The notes: generated by a model from the letters alone, not told the origin. Shown: positions 42,252-53,502, counted from the stretch's first letter. The stretch: 64,000 bases of DNA from Gammaproteobacteria bacterium (GCA_963422205.2 CAXMWX010000005.1:480001-544000), one strand, 5' to 3'. Numbers and translations: made by a program.

Positions 42252-44375
42252 ATGTGTACTTACCATCTACGGCTGTTAGCCGGGTCGCTGTTATTCGCTG
42301 GCAGCCACATCCCTGCCGCCCATGCCGAGCAGCAGAGGGACGCTTCAGGCTTGCCTGAAGTGAACATCACCGCCGACCCGCTCGGTGACGTGGAATCGCA
42401 TCTGGTCAAGCCGGTCGACCTCATCACCGCCGCCGAATTGCAGCGCCGTGGCATGGGTAATATCGGGGAGACCATCGCCAATCAACCTGGCGTTACCTCC
42501 AGCGACTTCGGCCCGGGCGCCGGGCGTCCCGTCATCCGAGGCTTAGGAGGCAGCCGGGTGAGCGTGCTTGAAAACGGCATCAGCACCCTGGATGTTGCCA
42601 GCATCAGCGCCGATCACAGCGTCACCACAGAAGCCGCCTTCGCCCGACAAATAGAGATCTTTCGTGGCCCGGCCAGCCTGCTGTTTGGCAGCGGTGCCAG
42701 TGCGGGCGTGGTGAATGTGGTGCATAAGCGGATACTGGACGACGTCCCGGCCCGCCCGGAAGGCACGCTGTCAATGCAGTATGAAACTGTCTCAGAGGGG
42801 ATAACGGGCGGCGGCAGTGTCAATGTCGGTGCAGGTAATATTGCCCTTCATCTGGATGGTCTGATACGTGATACCGAGGACTATGATATCCCCGGCTTTG
42901 CCGAGTTAGCGCCGGATGAGGATGAGCAGCGGGGGATGCTGGAGAACAGCTGGGTGAACACAGAGAACATCGCCGCCGGCCTGTCTTATGTGCAGGAGCA
43001 CGGATTTATCGGCTTCGCTGTCAGCCGCCTTACCAATGAATACGGCGTACCCGGCGGACATGGGCATGGACATGAAGAGGAGCATGGGCATGAGGAGGAG
43101 GATCACGAAGAGGAAGGGCATGAAGAGGAGGCCGAGGGCGGTGTGATGATCGATCTGAAACAAACGCGCTATGATATTGAGGCGGTGCTGGACAATCCGC
43201 TGCCAGGCATGGTCAAGCTGAGTACACACTGGGCCTACAACGATTATGCCCATGATGAGGTTGAGGCCAGTGGCGAGGTCGGTACGGCGTTTGAAAATGA
43301 TGAAGTGGAAGGGCGGGTGGAGTTTATCCACCAGCCAATCGCCGGTTGGGATGGGGCATTCGGCGTACAGTATCGCAACCGGGATTTCTCTGCACTGGGT
43401 GAAGAGGGCTTCGTGCCTCCCTCCCGCCTGGAGTCTATCGGCCTGTTCCTGGTAGAGAAAGCGGATTTCGGGCGCTGGCATGTCGAACTGGGCGCACGCT
43501 ATGAACATCAGAGCAGCAAGGCCGATACCCATGCCAGCCGCACAAGCCATGATCTCTACAGTACGTCTGCTGGTATGAGCTGGCACTACGCCGACAGCTA
43601 CGAGACAGGTATGGCCATCACCTACACCCAGCGTGCGCCCGCTATTGAAGAGCTGTATTCGAACGGCCCGCACCTGGCGACCAACACTTATGAGATCGGC
43701 AGTCCCCGGCTTGCCAAAGAGAGATCAACCAATGTGGATATCTACTGGCGCAAGATAACAGGCCGGTTTACCTTCAATGCCAACCTGTTCTACAACAGGA
43801 TTGATGATTTCATCTTCCAGCAGGAACAGGACAGGAATAATGACGGTGTGGCCGACCGGGTGGAAGAGGATTTTGATGCGGCATCTCCGGTTTTTGTGGA
43901 TGAGGATGATGCCTTGCTGCTGGTGATGCAAAGCCAGGATGATGCCGATTTTTACGGCCTTGAACTTGAAGGCAGCCTGCGCCTTGTTGAAGATAAGCAC
44001 AGCACACTGGACCTGCGCCTGTGGACTGACTATATCCAAGGCGAGCGCAGTGAGGGTATTAACCTGCCACGCATCACACCCTGGCGCTTCGGCGCCGGCA
44101 GCATCTATCAGCGCGGGCCGTGGCTTGCCTCGGTGGATTACACCCGGGTAAACAAACAGAATGATACAGCGCCACTGGAGACCCCAAGCGCTGGCTATAA
44201 CAGGCTCGATCTGTACGTCTCCTACACGACGGAACTGGCGGCCACCCGCCTTACGGTGTTTGCCAGTGCCAGCAACCTGTTAGATGAGGATATCCGCCGC
44301 CACACCTCGTTCATCAAGGCCGCCGCCCCGTTGCCCGGGCGCTCCGGCATGGCGGGTATTCGCGCCAGTTTCTGA
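42252..44375 (+). CDS. TonB-dependent zinc receptor (ZnuD-like)
   Basis: Plug FGPGAGRPVIRG, SADH, GPASLLFG; His/Glu loop GHGHGHEEEHGHEEEDHEEEGHEEE; GPHLAT; C-terminal Phe; Zur box. Confidence 0.88.
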   Translation: MCTYHLRLLAGSLLFAGSHIPAAHAEQQRDASGLPEVNITADPLGDVESHLVKPVDLITAAELQRRGMGNIGETIANQPGVTSSDFGPGAGRPVIRGLGGSRVSVLENGISTLDVASISADHSVTTEAAFARQIEIFRGPASLLFGSGASAGVVNVVHKRILDDVPARPEGTLSMQYETVSEGITGGGSVNVGAGNIALHLDGLIRDTEDYDIPGFAELAPDEDEQRGMLENSWVNTENIAAGLSYVQEHGFIGFAVSRLTNEYGVPGGHGHGHEEEHGHEEEDHEEEGHEEEAEGGVMIDLKQTRYDIEAVLDNPLPGMVKLSTHWAYNDYAHDEVEASGEVGTAFENDEVEGRVEFIHQPIAGWDGAFGVQYRNRDFSALGEEGFVPPSRLESIGLFLVEKADFGRWHVELGARYEHQSSKADTHASRTSHDLYSTSAGMSWHYADSYETGMAITYTQRAPAIEELYSNGPHLATNTYEIGSPRLAKERSTNVDIYWRKITGRFTFNANLFYNRIDDFIFQQEQDRNNDGVADRVEEDFDAASPVFVDEDDALLLVMQSQDDADFYGLELEGSLRLVEDKHSTLDLRLWTDYIQGERSEGINLPRITPWRFGAGSIYQRGPWLASVDYTRVNKQNDTAPLETPSAGYNRLDLYVSYTTELAATRLTVFASASNLLDEDIRRHTSFIKAAAPLPGRSGMAGIRASF

Positions 44376-44518
44376 TCATCGCCCGCTCATCACTGCCCTG
44401 AAGTCGGCCGATAAGTCAAGTCGCTGCTGCCAGATGGGCAGATAACACTCAGCATGGCAGCACAAATCTGCTACATTGTCCGCTGGCTGTTCCAACAAAC
44501 AGCGGCGGTCTTAACGTC

Positions 44519-45253
44519 ATGCACATTATTGATTTACAAAAAATCAGGGCGAAATGCAGCGAGTGCAGTCTGGCGGAGATGTGCCTGCCACGTGGCCTTA
44601 ATCAGCGCGATATGAAAAAACTGGAGGCGATTACCCGAAAAAGCCGACCGGTGAATCGGGGCGATTGTATTTATGATGCGGGCGAGCGGTTCAACGCCAT
44701 CTATGCGGTGAATGCCGGCAGCATAAAGATCTCCTTGTTGAATGATGCGGGCGAGGAGCAGATCATCGGCTTTTATCTGCCTGGCGAGATGTTCGGCTTT
44801 GATGGCATTGACGGGCAGACCTACACCTGCCGTGCCATTGCGATGGAGACCAGCACGCTGTGCGCTTTTCCGTTTACCAAACTTAACGATATCTGCCATG
44901 ACATCCCGCAGTTGCAGGAAGAGGTGCTACGCATCTTGAGCCGGGAAATCAGCTATGAGAATCAGTTGCTGATCACCATTAACAAAAAGACCGCCGAAGA
45001 GAAAACCGCCACCTTCCTGCTGTCATTGTCCTCACGCTTCAAACGGCTGGGCTACTCGCCGTATGAGTTCAAGCTCTCCATGTCACGGCAGGATATCGGC
45101 AATTATCTCGGGCTGACGATTGAAACGGTAAGCCGTATACTGAACCGCTTTCAAAGGGCCGGGCTGATCACGCTGCAACACCGGTTTGTCAAGATCACCA
45201 GCCATGCCGCATTACAGGGCATCTGCACATCGCATGAGGACAGTGCCGCCTAG
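44519..45253 (+). CDS. fnr: FNR/Anr oxygen-sensing transcriptional regulator
   Basis: CSECSLAEMCLP Fe-S ligands, fourth Cys in STLC, HTH MSRQDIGNYLGLTIETVSR. Confidence 0.93.
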   Translation: MHIIDLQKIRAKCSECSLAEMCLPRGLNQRDMKKLEAITRKSRPVNRGDCIYDAGERFNAIYAVNAGSIKISLLNDAGEEQIIGFYLPGEMFGFDGIDGQTYTCRAIAMETSTLCAFPFTKLNDICHDIPQLQEEVLRILSREISYENQLLITINKKTAEEKTATFLLSLSSRFKRLGYSPYEFKLSMSRQDIGNYLGLTIETVSRILNRFQRAGLITLQHRFVKITSHAALQGICTSHEDSAA

Positions 45254-45414
45254 TCTATCTCCTTATCAGGCGGCCGGTCATCGTCCATCACTATCCGGTA
45301 GGCCGGGCCGTTCAAATCATCGTATTGCCCGGAGCGAATCGCCCAGCGCAGCAGGCAGGCGATGAGTAACACCAGTAACAGTGATAAGGGGATCAGCAGA
45401 TACAAAACCTCCAT
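45250..45414 (-). CDS. ccoS: cbb3 oxidase maturation protein CcoS (absent from the ORF track)
   Basis: Manual translation MEVLYLLIPLSLLL...WAIRSGQYDDLNGPAYRIVMDDD; TGATG-coupled to ccoI. Confidence 0.9.
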   Translation of the reverse strand: MEVLYLLIPLSLLLVLLIACLLRWAIRSGQYDDLNGPAYRIVMDDDRPPDKEID

Positions 45415-47752
45415 CAGGCGGTTGTCCTTAATCGGGCCAGCCGGGTTGAATTCAGCACGACAATCAGCGAGCTGACAGACATGCCGATGGCAGCCAGCCA
45501 GGGGGTCAATATGCCGGCTATCGCCAGCGGCAGCGCCAGCAGATTATAGCCAACCGCCCAGAGGATATTCTGCTTGAGTACACGGACAAACCGGCGAGCC
45601 AGTTGATGCGCCTCGGTAATCTGCATCAGATCGCTGTTTAACAGGATCATATCGGCATTCAGTTTGGAGATATCCGCCCCATTGCCCATAGCGATCGATA
45701 CCGGCGAGACTGCCAATGCGGGCGCATCATTAATGCCGTCACCCACCATGACCACCATATCACCACGGTCTATCTTCTCTTGCAGATACGCCAGTTTCCC
45801 CTCCGGCAGCTGCGCGCCGATGGCCTCATCAAATCCCAGTTTATCGCCGATGGCCACCACCAGGCGCTGCCTGTCACCACTGAGCAGGATGGTCTGTTTA
45901 GCCTGTGCATTCAGGTAGCTGACCAGCGCGCCCACCCCGGGCCGTGGATAATCCTCCAGACCGATGGCGCATAACACAGCCGTTGAGGTGGTCAGAAATA
46001 CTTCCATGCCAATGGTCTCATCAAGCGTATCTCCAGCCGACTCATCCTGCTCAGGCAACAGGCCGGTCTGGCGGTTGATAAATGCCGCACTGCCCAGAAA
46101 ATAGTGGCACTGATCTATCTTTGCTGTGACCCCGGCGCCCGGATGGTTGACAAGGTTGCAGGTCGGTAACAACTCGCCATGATCAGCAGCAGCACGAATG
46201 GCACGGGCTATCTGGTGGTCTGATTTGGCCTCCAGGCTGGCCGCCAGCTTCAGGCAGTGTGCCTTCGACAGCCCGGAGAACAAGGTCAGCCCGGAGACCT
46301 GCATCTCGCCGGTCGTCAAGGTGCCGGTCTTATCAAAGATAAACACCTGGGCGGCGGCCAGGGCCTGCAACACATTCTGCCCCAGCACGGCGACCCCGCG
46401 CCCCAGCATGGCGTTGTTCGCCGCCGTGTAAGCCGTTGGCGTGGCCAGGGACAATGCACACGGACAGGTCACCACCAGCACGGCAATTGTCACCCCCAGC
46501 CAGCTGGAGGCATCATGCAGATACCAGTACACACCGGTGACACAGGCGATCAGGATAACGGCCATGACAAACCCGCCAGCAAAGCGATTGATGATGGCCG
46601 TCAGCCGGGGTTTTTGCTGATGGCCCTGTTCAATCAGCCGCAAAATCTGCTGCAATCGGGTGTTGTTACCCACGGCGGTCACTTCGACTGTCAAAGGGGC
46701 ATACATGTTCGTGCTGCCGGCGATCAGCGCGTCCCCGGCCTTCTTCGTAACCGGTCTGGCTTCGCCGGTCAGCAGCGCCTCATCCACCGCACTGTCCCCG
46801 CTCATCACCACACCATCGACCGGAATATGCTCCCCGGCGTACACCAGGATCAGATCGCCCGGTTGCAGCTTGATGGCGGGTATCACATCAATCTGATTTG
46901 CATCAGTCTGATCTGCATCAGTCTGATCTGCTGGGGCAGGCGTTATTTTATTGGCGGTGTCCGGCTTCACGCGGTAGAGTTTTTCGAGATGCCGGTTGGC
47001 ATCAAGCCGGGTTTGAAATTCAAAATAACGGCTGATCAACAACAACAATATCAGCACGCAGATAGAGTCAAAATAGACCTCGCCCCGGCCTGAAACAGTC
47101 GCCAGGGCGCTGCCGATGAACGCTATCGTCAGCCCCAGCACCACCGGCACATCCATGCTGAGACTGCGATTTTTCAGATCACGCCAGGCGTTGATGAAAA
47201 ACGACTGGCCTGAATACACCATGACCGGCACGGTCAGCAACATGGCCACCCAGTGCAGGAAACGCTGCATGTCGGCATCCATATCCCAGGCCATATTCCA
47301 GGCACCAAAATACAAGCCAATAGATATCATCATGACCTGCATACCGAACAGCGCCGCACTGCCTATGTGCAGCAGTGCGGTTCTTTTTGCCTGTGTTTGT
47401 TGCAGTGCTTTTTGTTTGTGGTGAAAAGGCCAGGCTTGAAAACCCAGCTCATGGATACCGGCCAGGATATGGCTAAGTGGCAGCCGGGCAGGTTGCCAGA
47501 GCACTTCTGCGGTATGCGTGGAGTAATTCACCACCACACGGTCAACCCCTTCCAGCCCGGCAGATGGGATTCGATCTTCCAGCTACAGGACGGGCAACTG
47601 ATCCCCGCCAGACTGAATACGGCGGATGAGCGCTGTTGATCTGCAACCGTCACATACGCCTGCTGCAATAGCGGATCATCATAAACAGCAAAGGCCGCCG
47701 CCCCCGCGGCGGCGCTGGACAGGTCTTCAGTGTGAGCTATTGAGGCCATCAT
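45414..47752 (-). CDS. ccoI: Copper P1B-type ATPase CcoI/FixI, with a -1 frameshift near 47560
   Basis: GISCPSC metal-binding motif in 47528-47752; TGE, CPCALSLA, DKTGT, GDGINDAP in 45414-47537; adding one G at CTG(G)CCGGG joins the frames as HLAGLEGVDRVVVNY. Confidence 0.9.
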
Positions 47753-47799
47753 GCCGGTTCATTTTACCGCCAAGTGTCATGGTAATTAATACAGGAAGT

Positions 47800-47813
47800 T
47801 TGACCGAGATCAA
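47800..47813. promoter_or_regulatory. FNR box in the divergent ccoI / ompW-ccoN promoter region
   Basis: TTGAC-CGAG-ATCAA, one mismatch to TTGAT-N4-ATCAA. Confidence 0.8.
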
Positions 47814-47890
47814 ACTCATCCGTGATAGACAGTGACAGACTGCCGCCCTTAGTCAAAATAAAAAACAGGTTAAAGAGAAGGAGGCTGCCC

Positions 47891-48154
47891 ATGCGCTTTT
47901 TAGCCGGGCTGTTTTGCTGTTGCTGTCTATCCATAGCGACCGAGGCAGGTGGCTGGCGGATGGGTATGGGCGGGGTGGTCATGGCACCTGCTGATGGCAG
48001 CACGGTGATCGCCCTGTCCGGGACTGCGTTAAGCGGCAGAGGTATTGCGGTGGGTATCGGGGATATATTGGCGCCTGATTGCCCGGACAGGCTGAGAGAT
48101 CACGCAGGAGTGGAGGCGATTGCCGGTAGGGATTATTGGGGTTATCGGTTTTAA
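47891..48154 (+). pseudogene. Internally deleted OmpW-family outer-membrane protein
   Basis: AAGGAGG RBS, signal-like start, AGGWRMGMGGVVMAPADGS (OmpW-like N-terminus), DHAGVEAIA, terminal GYRF barrel signal; only 87 aa; FNR box upstream. Confidence 0.6.
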
Positions 48155-48165
48155 GGCAGCGTACC

Positions 48166-49587
48166 ATGCCGGATCACACGACCTACAATTACACAGTCGT
48201 CAGGCAATTCTCCATCATGACGATCGTCTGGGGCGTGGTGGGGATGCTGGTCGGTGTGATCATTGCTGCTCAACTGGCATGGCCTGAGTTAAATTTTGAT
48301 CTGCCCTGGTTCACGTTCGGACGCTTGCGGCCGCTGCATACCAATGCGGTCATATTTGCCTTCGGTGGTTGTGCGCTGTTCGCCACCTCTTATTATGTCG
48401 TCCAGCGCACCTGTCATGTGCGCCTTGTCAGTGACAGGCTCGCCGCTTTCACCTTCTGGGGCTGGCAGTTGGTGATTGTGCTGGCGGCGATAACACTCCC
48501 CCTTGGCATAACCACCTCAAAGGAATATGCCGAGTTAGAATGGCCTATTGACATTCTGATCACGGTTGTCTGGGTGTGTTATGCCGTTTTATTCTTTGGC
48601 ACCATCATGCAACGGCGGGTGCAGCATATTTATGTTGCCAACTGGTTCTTCGGCGCCTTTATCATCACCGTTGCCATTTTGCATATCGTGAATTCAATGG
48701 CCATGCCGGTCTCACTGGTTAAATCCTATTCGATCTATGCAGGTGTACAGGATGCCATGATCCAGTGGTGGTACGGACACAATGCCGTTGGCTTTTTTCT
48801 CACCGCCGGCTTTCTGGGGATGATGTACTACTTCATACCCAAACAGGCCGGTCGGCCGATTTACTCCTACCGGCTGTCGATCGTGCATTTCTGGGCGCTG
48901 ATCTTCACCTATATCTGGGCCGGCCCGCATCACCTGCACTACACCGCCCTGCCGGATTGGACGCAATCGCTGGGCATGGTGATGTCGATCATACTGCTGG
49001 CCCCTTCCTGGGGCGGCATGATCAACGGCATCATGACCTTATCCGGTGCTTGGCACAAGTTACGTACCGATCCGATCCTGCGCCTGTTGATTGTCTCTTT
49101 GTCTTTTTATGGCATGTCAACATTCGAAGGGCCGATGATGTCGATCAAGACAGTCAATGCCCTGTCACACTACACAGACTGGACTATCGGCCATGTGCAT
49201 TCTGGCGCCCTTGGCTGGGTCGCCATGATCTCGCTGGCCTGTATGTACTACCTCATCCCCCGATTATATGGCCGGGCGATCTACAGCGTCCGCCTGATTG
49301 AATACCATTTTTGGATCTCCACCATCGGCATCGTGCTGTATATCGCTTCCATGTGGGTGGCCGGGATCATGCAGGGCCTGATGTGGCGTGCCGTGAATGA
49401 TGACGGCACCTTGACCTACAGCTTCGTTGAGAGCGTACAGGCCATGCATCCCTTCTATGCCATCCGTTTTATCGGCGGCCTGCTGTTTTTCGCTGGCACA
49501 TTGATCATGTGCTGGAATTTATGGAAGACCATCGCCGCCGGCAGACCGGTGACCGCCCCGATTCCTGATCCGGTGGCCGCACTGTAA
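48166..49587 (+). CDS. ccoN: cbb3-type cytochrome c oxidase subunit I
   Basis: [40 protein letters not shown]. Confidence 0.97.
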   Translation: MPDHTTYNYTVVRQFSIMTIVWGVVGMLVGVIIAAQLAWPELNFDLPWFTFGRLRPLHTNAVIFAFGGCALFATSYYVVQRTCHVRLVSDRLAAFTFWGWQLVIVLAAITLPLGITTSKEYAELEWPIDILITVVWVCYAVLFFGTIMQRRVQHIYVANWFFGAFIITVAILHIVNSMAMPVSLVKSYSIYAGVQDAMIQWWYGHNAVGFFLTAGFLGMMYYFIPKQAGRPIYSYRLSIVHFWALIFTYIWAGPHHLHYTALPDWTQSLGMVMSIILLAPSWGGMINGIMTLSGAWHKLRTDPILRLLIVSLSFYGMSTFEGPMMSIKTVNALSHYTDWTIGHVHSGALGWVAMISLACMYYLIPRLYGRAIYSVRLIEYHFWISTIGIVLYIASMWVAGIMQGLMWRAVNDDGTLTYSFVESVQAMHPFYAIRFIGGLLFFAGTLIMCWNLWKTIAAGRPVTAPIPDPVAAL

Positions 49588-49598
49588 GGATAAGCCGC

Positions 49599-50213
49599 AT
49601 GTCAGGCATACACGAGAGAATCGAAAAAAATATCGGCGGGATGATCGTGCTGGTGGTGCTCACTGTCAGCATCGGCGGGCTGGTGCAGATTGTGCCGCTG
49701 TTCTTTATGCAGAGCACCACTGAAGCCGTTGATGGCCTTGAACCTTATGATGCCTTGAGCCTGGAGGGGCGTGATGTCTATATCCGCGAGGGCTGTTATC
49801 TGTGTCATTCGCAAATGATCCGCCCGTTTCGTGCAGAAACAGAGCGCTACGGGCATTACTCCCTGGCCGGCGAATTTGTCTATGATCATCCTTTTCAGTG
49901 GGGTTCGAAACGCACCGGGCCGGATCTGCAACGGGTGGGCGGGCGCTATTCCGATGAGTGGCACCGCATACACATGATCAACCCCAGAGATGTCGTGCCT
50001 GAGTCCATCATGCCGGGTTATCCCTGGCTGGAACAGGCGGTGATTGATGCCACACAAACCGCCCGAAAAATGCGGGCGTTGAAGTCCATCGGCGTGCCTT
50101 ATACAGAGGAGCAAATCGCAGCCGCCAGTGCCGCCGTTGAGGGAAAAACCGAAATGGATGCACTGATCGCCTACCTGCAGGGCTTAGGTACGGCGGTAAA
50201 AACACGCAGGTGA
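49599..50213 (+). CDS. ccoO: cbb3-type cytochrome c oxidase subunit II
   Basis: [23 protein letters not shown]. Confidence 0.96.
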   Translation: MSGIHERIEKNIGGMIVLVVLTVSIGGLVQIVPLFFMQSTTEAVDGLEPYDALSLEGRDVYIREGCYLCHSQMIRPFRAETERYGHYSLAGEFVYDHPFQWGSKRTGPDLQRVGGRYSDEWHRIHMINPRDVVPESIMPGYPWLEQAVIDATQTARKMRALKSIGVPYTEEQIAAASAAVEGKTEMDALIAYLQGLGTAVKTRR

Positions 50214-50217
50214 GACG

Positions 50218-50400
50218 ATGATGAACCTGATTTTTTCGATCTGGACTGTCGTGGTCTTTATTCTGTTCATTGGCATTGCCCTCTGGGCCTGGAGTGATCG
50301 CAACAAAAAAACCTTTGATGCGGCCGCCCGGCTGCCGCTGGAGGATGATGACGATAACGCAAGTCCGTCCGATAGCCGCACAAAAGATGCACATGGCTGA
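50218..50400 (+). CDS. ccoQ: cbb3-type cytochrome c oxidase subunit CcoQ
   Basis: Single TM FIGIALWAW...FDAAARLPLEDD between ccoO and ccoP. Confidence 0.88.
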   Translation: MMNLIFSIWTVVVFILFIGIALWAWSDRNKKTFDAAARLPLEDDDDNASPSDSRTKDAHG

Positions 50401-51310
50401 TTTCACGCACCCCATCTGGGGCTGGTTTATCCTTGCAAGCACCCTCATCAGCATCGCCGCGCTGTTACTGTTTGCCTTGAAAAATGCCGGGGCGAAAAAG
50501 AAAAAAGGGGAGGCGGCAAAAAGCATGGGGCATCTCTGGGATGAGGACCTGCATGAGTTGAACAACCCCCTGCCGCGCTGGTGGTTATACCTGTTCTACC
50601 TGACGTTGTTCTGGGGGGCGCTGTATCTGTTGCTGTATCCGGGGCTGGGCATATTTGCCGGTTATCTGGGCTGGTCGCAGGAACAGCAATATGCAGAGGA
50701 AATCCAGCAGGCGAATGTACGTTACGGCCCCATCTATGCACAGTATGCCGATACACCGGTGACGGCGCTCATCCAGGACGAACAAGCCGTGCTGATCGGC
50801 AAACGGCTGTTTGCCACTTACTGCACCACCTGCCACGGCTCGGATGCCCGCGGGGCAAGAGGCTATCCCAATTTGCGTGACGATGACTGGTCATGGGGCG
50901 GGATGCCGGAACACATCATCGCCAGTATCACCCACGGCAGGCAGGGCATCATGCCGCCATGGGGCGATGTGCTGGGCGAGCAAGGGGTGTTTGATGTGGC
51001 AGAATATGTCCGCACGCTGGGGGGGCTGTCCGCCGATACGCAGGTCGCTGCCAGAGGCAAGGCCCTTTATCATCAGTATTGCCAAGTATGTCATGGGATT
51101 GATGGCCGCGGTGATCAGGCCATAGGAGCGCCGAATCTCGCCGATGATATCTGGCTGTACGGCGGTTCACAAAAGAAGATCATGGAAGTCATCGCCCTGG
51201 GCAAAAGCGGCAACATGCCCGCCCATAAGGAATTTCTGGGCGAGGCCAAGATACATCTGCTGGCAACCTATTTATACAGCCTGTCAGCGGCCGAGGCGGC
51301 GGCTGAGTAA
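50393..51310 (+). CDS. ccoP: cbb3-type cytochrome c oxidase subunit III
   Basis: GHLWDEDLHELNNPLPRWW; two CxxCH (CTTCH, CQVCH); start re-called at 50393. Confidence 0.95.
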   Translation: MADFTHPIWGWFILASTLISIAALLLFALKNAGAKKKKGEAAKSMGHLWDEDLHELNNPLPRWWLYLFYLTLFWGALYLLLYPGLGIFAGYLGWSQEQQYAEEIQQANVRYGPIYAQYADTPVTALIQDEQAVLIGKRLFATYCTTCHGSDARGARGYPNLRDDDWSWGGMPEHIIASITHGRQGIMPPWGDVLGEQGVFDVAEYVRTLGGLSADTQVAARGKALYHQYCQVCHGIDGRGDQAIGAPNLADDIWLYGGSQKKIMEVIALGKSGNMPAHKEFLGEAKIHLLATYLYSLSAAEAAAE

Positions 51311-51315
51311 CCGCC

Positions 51316-51579
51316 ATGTGGTGCTGGGACAAGGTCAGCCCGATGCCCGTGCTGGCGCGCATCATGGCGATTTTGTGGCTGACCTTTCTGGTCTCCATTG
51401 CCGCCACTGGCATCTTTTTCTCCGCCATTGATCCGCTGGAATTGAAATATTGTGTTGCCCTGCCGGAAGTCAGCCGTCTCGGCGCTTACACCATCGGCTT
51501 TTTTCTGCTCTGGCTGCTCACTGCCAGCACCAGCCTGCTGTGTGTGTTTTTTATCTCTCCTGTCACCTTAAAGACATGA
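51316..51579 (+). CDS. Small membrane protein associated with cco loci
   Basis: ILWLTFL...FFSAIDP...AYTIGFF; two TM segments between ccoP and ccoG. Confidence 0.7.
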   Translation: MWCWDKVSPMPVLARIMAILWLTFLVSIAATGIFFSAIDPLELKYCVALPEVSRLGAYTIGFFLLWLLTASTSLLCVFFISPVTLKT

Positions 51580-51592
51580 GATCTGAACACAG

Positions 51593-53035
51593 ATGGGCAC
51601 GGCTTACGTGACCCCGGCCACTGACCCGGCGGCTGGCAAGGCTGCCCCGGTTCACCCCCTGCAAGCACAGGACATAGAACACGCCCTGGTTGCCCGGCGG
51701 GAGAAGATCTACCCGCGAGAGGTGCATGGCCTCTTTGCCCGTTTGCGAATCACGGCGGTTGTTCTCTTGCTTGGCCTGTTTTATGCCCTGCCCTGGGTAA
51801 GCTGGGATAATCGGCAAGCCATATTACTGGACCTGCCAGCGCGCAAATTCCATGTCCTGGGGCTGACCTTCTGGCCGCAGGATTTTCTTTATCTCGCCCT
51901 GCTGTTGATCCTGGCGGGCTTGAGTTTGTTTTTTTTTACCGCACTGGCCGGTCGGCTCTGGTGCGGCTATGCCTGCCCGCAGACCGTATGGACGGAGACG
52001 TTTCTCTGGATAGAGCGCATCATAGAAGGGGATCGGATAAAACAACAACGGCTGGATAGGGCGCCCTGGAGCGCACGCAAGCTAAGGCTCAAGGCAACCA
52101 AGCACATTATCTGGGTGAGTTATGCTGCCTTTACCGGCTTTACGTTTGTGTCTTACTTTACCCCGGCAAAGACCCTGCTGCATGAGTTACTGACAGTGAG
52201 CATGGGGCCGTGGGAGACCTTCTGGATGTGTTTTTACAGCCTTGCCACCTACGGCAATGCCGGCTGGATGCGGGAGCAGGTCTGTATCTACATGTGTCCG
52301 TATGCACGTTTTCAAAGCGCGATGTTCGATAACGATACGCTTATCGTCTCCTATGATAAGGCCCGTGGTGAACCCAAAGGGTCGCGCCGCCCCGGTACCG
52401 ATCATAAAAGCCGGGGGCTGGGCGATTGTATTGACTGCACGCTGTGCGTACAGGTCTGCCCGACTGGCATAGATATTCGCCACGGCCTGCAATACCAGTG
52501 TATCGGATGCTCCGCCTGTATTGATGTCTGCAATGATGTCATGGATAAAATGCAATACCCCAAGGGGCTGATTCGTTATACCACGCAACACGCCCTGCAA
52601 GGCAGAAAAACCCGCATCCTGCGCCCCCGAATCCTTATATATGGGGTAATTTTACTGGGCATCATGGGCGCATTCGCCTGGTCTTTAGCCAGCCGGGTGC
52701 CGGTCGGGCTGGACGTGATTCATGATCGCAACCAGTTATTCCGTGAAACACAGTGGTTGATAGAGAATGTCTACACCTTAAAGCTGCTCAACATGCAGAA
52801 CGTTGATGTGGACTATGTATTGGACGTTGCCGGCATAGACGATATGCAGTTGATACTTGACCAATCGCAGATCCATGTCCCGGCAGGCACGGTGTACGAT
52901 CTGCCGGCAAGAATCAGAGCCGCAGAAGCGAATCTGCCCTCCCGCAGCACCGAGATTATCTTTACATTACATGACAGACATGACGATGCTATTATCGTCT
53001 CTGAAACCGCTAAATTTATCGGGCCTGCACAATGA
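51593..53035 (+). CDS. ccoG: cbb3 oxidase accessory Fe-S protein CcoG/FixG
   Basis: GRLWCGYACPQTVW, CIYMCPY, CIDCTLCVQVCP, CIGCSACIDVC. Confidence 0.95.
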   Translation: MGTAYVTPATDPAAGKAAPVHPLQAQDIEHALVARREKIYPREVHGLFARLRITAVVLLLGLFYALPWVSWDNRQAILLDLPARKFHVLGLTFWPQDFLYLALLLILAGLSLFFFTALAGRLWCGYACPQTVWTETFLWIERIIEGDRIKQQRLDRAPWSARKLRLKATKHIIWVSYAAFTGFTFVSYFTPAKTLLHELLTVSMGPWETFWMCFYSLATYGNAGWMREQVCIYMCPYARFQSAMFDNDTLIVSYDKARGEPKGSRRPGTDHKSRGLGDCIDCTLCVQVCPTGIDIRHGLQYQCIGCSACIDVCNDVMDKMQYPKGLIRYTTQHALQGRKTRILRPRILIYGVILLGIMGAFAWSLASRVPVGLDVIHDRNQLFRETQWLIENVYTLKLLNMQNVDVDYVLDVAGIDDMQLILDQSQIHVPAGTVYDLPARIRAAEANLPSRSTEIIFTLHDRHDDAIIVSETAKFIGPAQ

Positions 53036-53502
53036 ACACCGAAACCGACCGGCGAGCATGGTATAAAGAGCCGCTGGTCTGGCTGATCATTTTTTTCCCG
53101 TCAAGTGCTGTGTTAGGCGGCATTATCACGACTTGGCTGGCGGTGGCATCTGATGATGGCCTGGTGATTGATGATTACTACAAATACGGCCTGCAAATCA
53201 ACAAGGTGCTTGATCGTGAACAGGCCGCCGAACGCTATGGGCTAAAAGCCGTGATCATACCGAACCAAGAGAGCCGGCGCCTGCGGCTGCGGCTGTACGC
53301 CAATCAACACTTCAGTATGCCTGATGCGGTTAGGCTACAGTTTCTTCACCCCACCCGCGATGGCTTTGATCAGGCCCTGATCCTGCCCAGGACAGGCCGT
53401 GATGTCTATGAGGGCGAACTGCCCGAACTCATCCGTGGCAACTGGTATTTACACATCAGCGCCGGGGACTGGCGTGTGCTGGAATATTTCCCGGTGCTGT
53501 GA
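53032..53502 (+). CDS. ccoH: FixH/CcoH family protein
   Basis: WYKEPLVWLII, DGLVIDDYYKYGLQIN, HPTRDGFD. Confidence 0.9.
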   Translation: MNTETDRRAWYKEPLVWLIIFFPSSAVLGGIITTWLAVASDDGLVIDDYYKYGLQINKVLDREQAAERYGLKAVIIPNQESRRLRLRLYANQHFSMPDAVRLQFLHPTRDGFDQALILPRTGRDVYEGELPELIRGNWYLHISAGDWRVLEYFPVL

